Of a DNA stretch of 64,000 bases, positions 59,463 through 64,000 are shown one piece after another; the stretch's first letter is position 1; each line of letters opens with the position of its first letter. Position numbers and translations under genes: made by a program. This DNA comes from Selaginella moellendorffii (Eukaryota; Plantae; Lycopodiophyta), in NCBI RefSeq assembly GCF_000143415.4, contig NW_003314407.1, positions 186,001-250,000 on the forward strand, given 5' to 3'. The notes under the pieces are model-generated. The model made no database searches and was not told the DNA's origin. It saw only the letters and a program-made list of their open reading frames with translations.

Positions 59463-60548
59463 ATGGCGGCATCGGTGGTAGCAGCCAAGGCCGGGCCATC
59501 GCTCCTCCAGCCCAAGCTCGATGCCTCTGCAGGATCGTCCGCCAGCCTCCGCCCGGTGTCGGTGTCCAAGGCATTTGGATTGCGCAGCAATGGAGGAGGA
59601 GCGCGCCTCACTTGCTCCATGGAGGACATTGTCAAGAGGGCCACGGATGTGGGCAAGGTCGCCGTTGCCACTGCCGCAGCCACATTGCTCGTCGCGGGGG
59701 TAAGCGAAAGATCTCCTCTGCTGGACGGATGAATTGAGAGAATTGGAGCAAGTCTGGTAGTCATTCTCATGAATTTCCCCTGTTTTGTGATGCTCTAGAC
59801 CGCCGCCGCGAATCCAAAGCGCCTCACATACGACGAGGTCCAAGCCCAGACGTATCTCGAGGTGAAAGGCAGCGGCACCGCCAACCAGTGCCCGATCCTG
59901 TCCGGTGGCGACGAAGGATTCAAGTTCAAGCCCGGCAGCTACAGCGTCAAGAAGTTTTGCCTCGAGCCCACGTCCTTCACCGTGAAGAAGGAGTCGCCAT
60001 TCAAGGGTGGCGGCGATCAATACGTCGACACCAAGCTCATGACGAGGCTGACATACACGCTGGACGAGATCGAGGCCGACTTGAGCGTGGACGAGAAGGG
60101 AAACCTCAAGCTGGTGGAGAAGGATGGCATCGACTACGCTGCGGTTACCGTCCAGCTCCCCGGAGGCGAGCGAGTTCCATTCCTCTTCACCATCAAGGAG
60201 CTCGTAGCGACTGGCTCCCCGGATGGATTCAGTGGAAGCTTTCTGGTGCCGTCTTACAGGGGCTCCTCGTTTCTAGACCCCAAGGGACGCGGTGGATCCA
60301 CCGGGTATGACAATGCGGTGGCGTTGCCGGCCGGAGGCGCTGGTGACGAGGAGGAGCTCGGCAAGGAGAACCTCAAAGATACCTCGGGGTCGACTGGGAA
60401 CATCACCTTGAAGGTGGCGGAGAGTAACACCGCCACTGGAGAGATTGCCGGGGTATTTGAGAGCATCCAGCCCTCGGACACGGATCTGGGATCGAAGGCT
60501 CCCAAGGAAGTGAAGATCCAAGGTATATGGTACGCGCAACTTGACTAA
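59463..60548 (+). CDS. PSBO: Oxygen-evolving enhancer protein 1 (33-kDa PsbO), 2 exons (59463-59699, 59799-60548)
   Basis: [75 protein letters not shown]. Confidence 0.97.
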
Positions 60549-60960
60549 AGAAAGAGTCACAAAATCAGAGAGGAGAGATGATGTCCGGATGTTTGATCAG
60601 GAGAAAATCCTTGCATAAGAAGGCTGTCATCTTCTCAAACGAGCGATCTCACATTGTAAAGTCTCAAATCCTTTTTAAACTACAAAGCTGTTCCAAGATT
60701 CCATCTGTAGTAGCCAACGTTAAAATCAAATCACATTTTTCTCATCTGGAGCACAAGACTCTATGATATCACAATGGATTGAATCTTAACCGTCAGTTTG
60801 AACGGCCATGATCATTCTCTCTCACGTATAAAATAAAGGATAGGGTAAGGGTTTTCTACAATTCGTAGGCGGTGGTTGCGTTTCTTGGTGAGTGGGTATG
60901 GCGGTGTTGATTTCTTGCTTGAAATTCTCAAGGATTTCGTGATTGCCTTACCGGATCTGA

Positions 60961-61701
<741 letters not shown>

Positions 61702-62242
61702 GTAACCTCTCTTCCATGTAATAAAGAACACACTGCCGCTTTCAACACCATCTCGAAGTTCTTCCCCATGCCCCTTGAGTTGGTATTTACCTAACCAGGC
61801 TGAATGTGTTGGAGTTGTGGAGGTGTATGCTGTGTGGAGATGTCAAGGTTTATGTTATCGGAGTTAAAAATGCCGAGTAGTAAGCCCATCACGTATGCCC
61901 ACCACAGTCGCGCACAACATCACCACTATTGTAGTTAACTTGTCGAAGCAAGTCTTCCAACCAGAATGACAGCTGATAGTCGTGGATAGCACGCAATTGT
62001 CCATCACCAAATCGCCCCTCAAACAAATCCTTCACGGTCACCATGCCGATGAGCAGGAAGCCCTGAACGTTATACATCGTGCCATTGTCTTTCATACGTT
62101 TGATGGTGTGGTACAGCTCGTCCAGGCAACATCAGGCTGGAAGTAGTAGAAGTCCCTGTGATAGCAGATGGCGTGACGAAAGTCCGCTGCAGAACTGACG
62201 CATTCTTCCCAAAACCCTTTAAACAAGACTTTATGTAAGCTT

Positions 62243-64000
62243 TTATACAGCACCAGTTTTACACCATTGGCGATCTGCCTTGGTGACAGCGATAACAAGT
62301 GCTGCCACCCAGAAAATCACCACAACCACGTTAGCTATGGCCTCGTAAAACATGGCTGACCAGTGCCACTTTGGGAGATGGTCTCCCTCCACGAAATGTG
62401 GAACCTTTTCCTTGTAGTGAAGCAGCCCCTTGCGCTGCCCAGGCTTGTAGCTGGGCGGACACAAAATGTACACAATTGGTACAAGCATGTGTGTACAAGT
62501 TGAAAGAAGAAAGAAGGACATTGCGATCACGTAAAAATCATGGCTGCAATTTCGGCCTCTTTGCTTCGCTACCCAGGAAATTCTGTAGGCCACCACTGCC
62601 AAGACCAGGAGTATGTAGATTATGTGAACCTTTACATGTTTGAGCTTGACAAGGAAAAATTTGATCAAGGCTGGCTGCTTGGTGAACTTGGCCTGTGCCG
62701 CAACTCGATCGATGCTGCTTGTTGGAGTGAATGTGAAAGTGGAAGAGTACGAAAAAATGGACTTGTATATGGTCTGGAGGAAGAAGGGTGTCATCCACCA
62801 GAAATGTGACTCGTCCCGGTTACGACTCTGGATGGATTGTGGAAGACCGAGCCAGACTGAGATCCAAGAAAGGCGCCAGAAAATGAGGAAGATGGCGAGC
62901 TGGATGATAACACGCCGCGCCTCATGGGAGGTGCCGATCATGAGGTCCAAGTGAAGTGCAAGACAAACGATGAAGAGGAGAAGCATAACAAGGTTGACGA
63001 TTGCGATGAAGTAGTATCCCGTGTGCCAGAAGAAACTCACCTTGAGAACCAAGGAGAGTTTGCTCTTTGGCCCAAGCATCTCTCTCCATGTCGCAGAGAA
63101 TTGCTGTATAGCTCCCTGGCACCACCGCTGCCGCTGCTTGATATATCCTTCAAACGTCCACGGTGTAAGACCAATCTAACAATCAAAGGTGGAGTCAACA
63201 AAAGTCACCGTGTTTTGAGCAACAGCAGACCTGAAGCTTGCGGTTGAGGTAGACGGACTTGAAGCCCTGGTTGAAGAGCTTGAATGCGGTCATGGTGTCT
63301 TCTGTGATTGACATTGGCTGGAAGCCTCCAATCTCGTCCAGATGTTTCCTTCGGAAGATTGCTCCAGTTCCAACGCAGGGTGCGGCCCCAAATGTGTCCC
63401 TGTGAATCATGACACGCTCGTAGCCAAATCCGCAAGCATCATTTAGAGGGTCTCCCACTGGCAGGTTATAAAACGATTGAGGGATTTGCACGAATGACAC
63501 TTTGGGGTCCTTCACTATGTGAGGGAGCAAAGTCTTCAAGAATGAGGGGTGAAGTATCATGTCTGCGTCCATCATCACCACGAACTCCGCGTCGGAATGC
63601 TCCAGGCCGTAGTTAAGGTTACCGCATTTGAAGTTGTGTGGGACACCTGGAATCTGGAAGACTGGAACAGTGAGATCATGAGCACGCACTGGGAAGGGAA
63701 TAACGACTATTGTAAGCTACCTTCTTTCGACGAAGATATTTGACACAAGCACTCTCCAATTCTTCACAGTATCTTTTTAGCTCATCGTCCCCTCCATCAT
63801 CAAGGACCAAAACTCGAAACTGGTGCTTGGGATAATCCATGGCCAGGGCAGCCTGAATGGAATCCTCGGGAACGTCAGTGGGCTCTTTACAGCAGGGAAG
63901 AAATATGTCAACCGTCGGAAGCTCTTCCCAATTCAACGATAAACTCTGACGGGGCCGCCATATTCGAGGCGGTAACACCAGATCCGCAGCCGAAATAACG
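62243..64000 (-). CDS. Processive GT2 glucan synthase of bacterial/fungal type (not plant CesA); 5' part outside the window
   Basis: LPTVDIFLPCCKEP, VLDDG, KCGNLN, DAD, QIPQ, TED and QRQRW, then several TM helices; short introns. Confidence 0.88.

Overview
Eukaryotic land-plant nuclear DNA. Very short introns (40-100 nt), tiny intergenic gaps and SS-rich PLS-class PPR genes point to a lycophyte such as Selaginella (inference). Two GC-rich, gene-dense blocks are present. The first (about 8.2-35.8 kb) holds an SC35 SR splicing factor, three PPR-E genes, a subtilase, a tandem kissper-like cysteine-rich peptide, an HCF107-like HAT protein, an MSI-like WD40 gene with decayed copies, a double-B3 protein and a RING protein. 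The second (about 56.2-64 kb) holds LPA1, a divergent PsbO paralogue, canonical PsbO, tri-ubiquitin and a non-CesA-type GT2 glucan synthase. AT-rich, C-to-T-decayed nests of Gypsy LTR retrotransposons, solo LTRs and TRIMs lie at 2-7.4, 26.9-29 and 36.4-54.5 kb. Most notable: (1) two intronless, extremely AT-rich, CpG-depleted paralogues encoding a secreted unknown domain fused to a bulb-type lectin; (2) duplicated, apparently mutually exclusive 67-nt RRM exons in SC35; (3) a PsbO paralogue lacking the DPKGR PSII-docking loop, head-to-head with LPA1; (4) a kissper-only tandem peptide. No rRNA, tRNA or CRISPR was recognised. Exon boundaries were called by eye.
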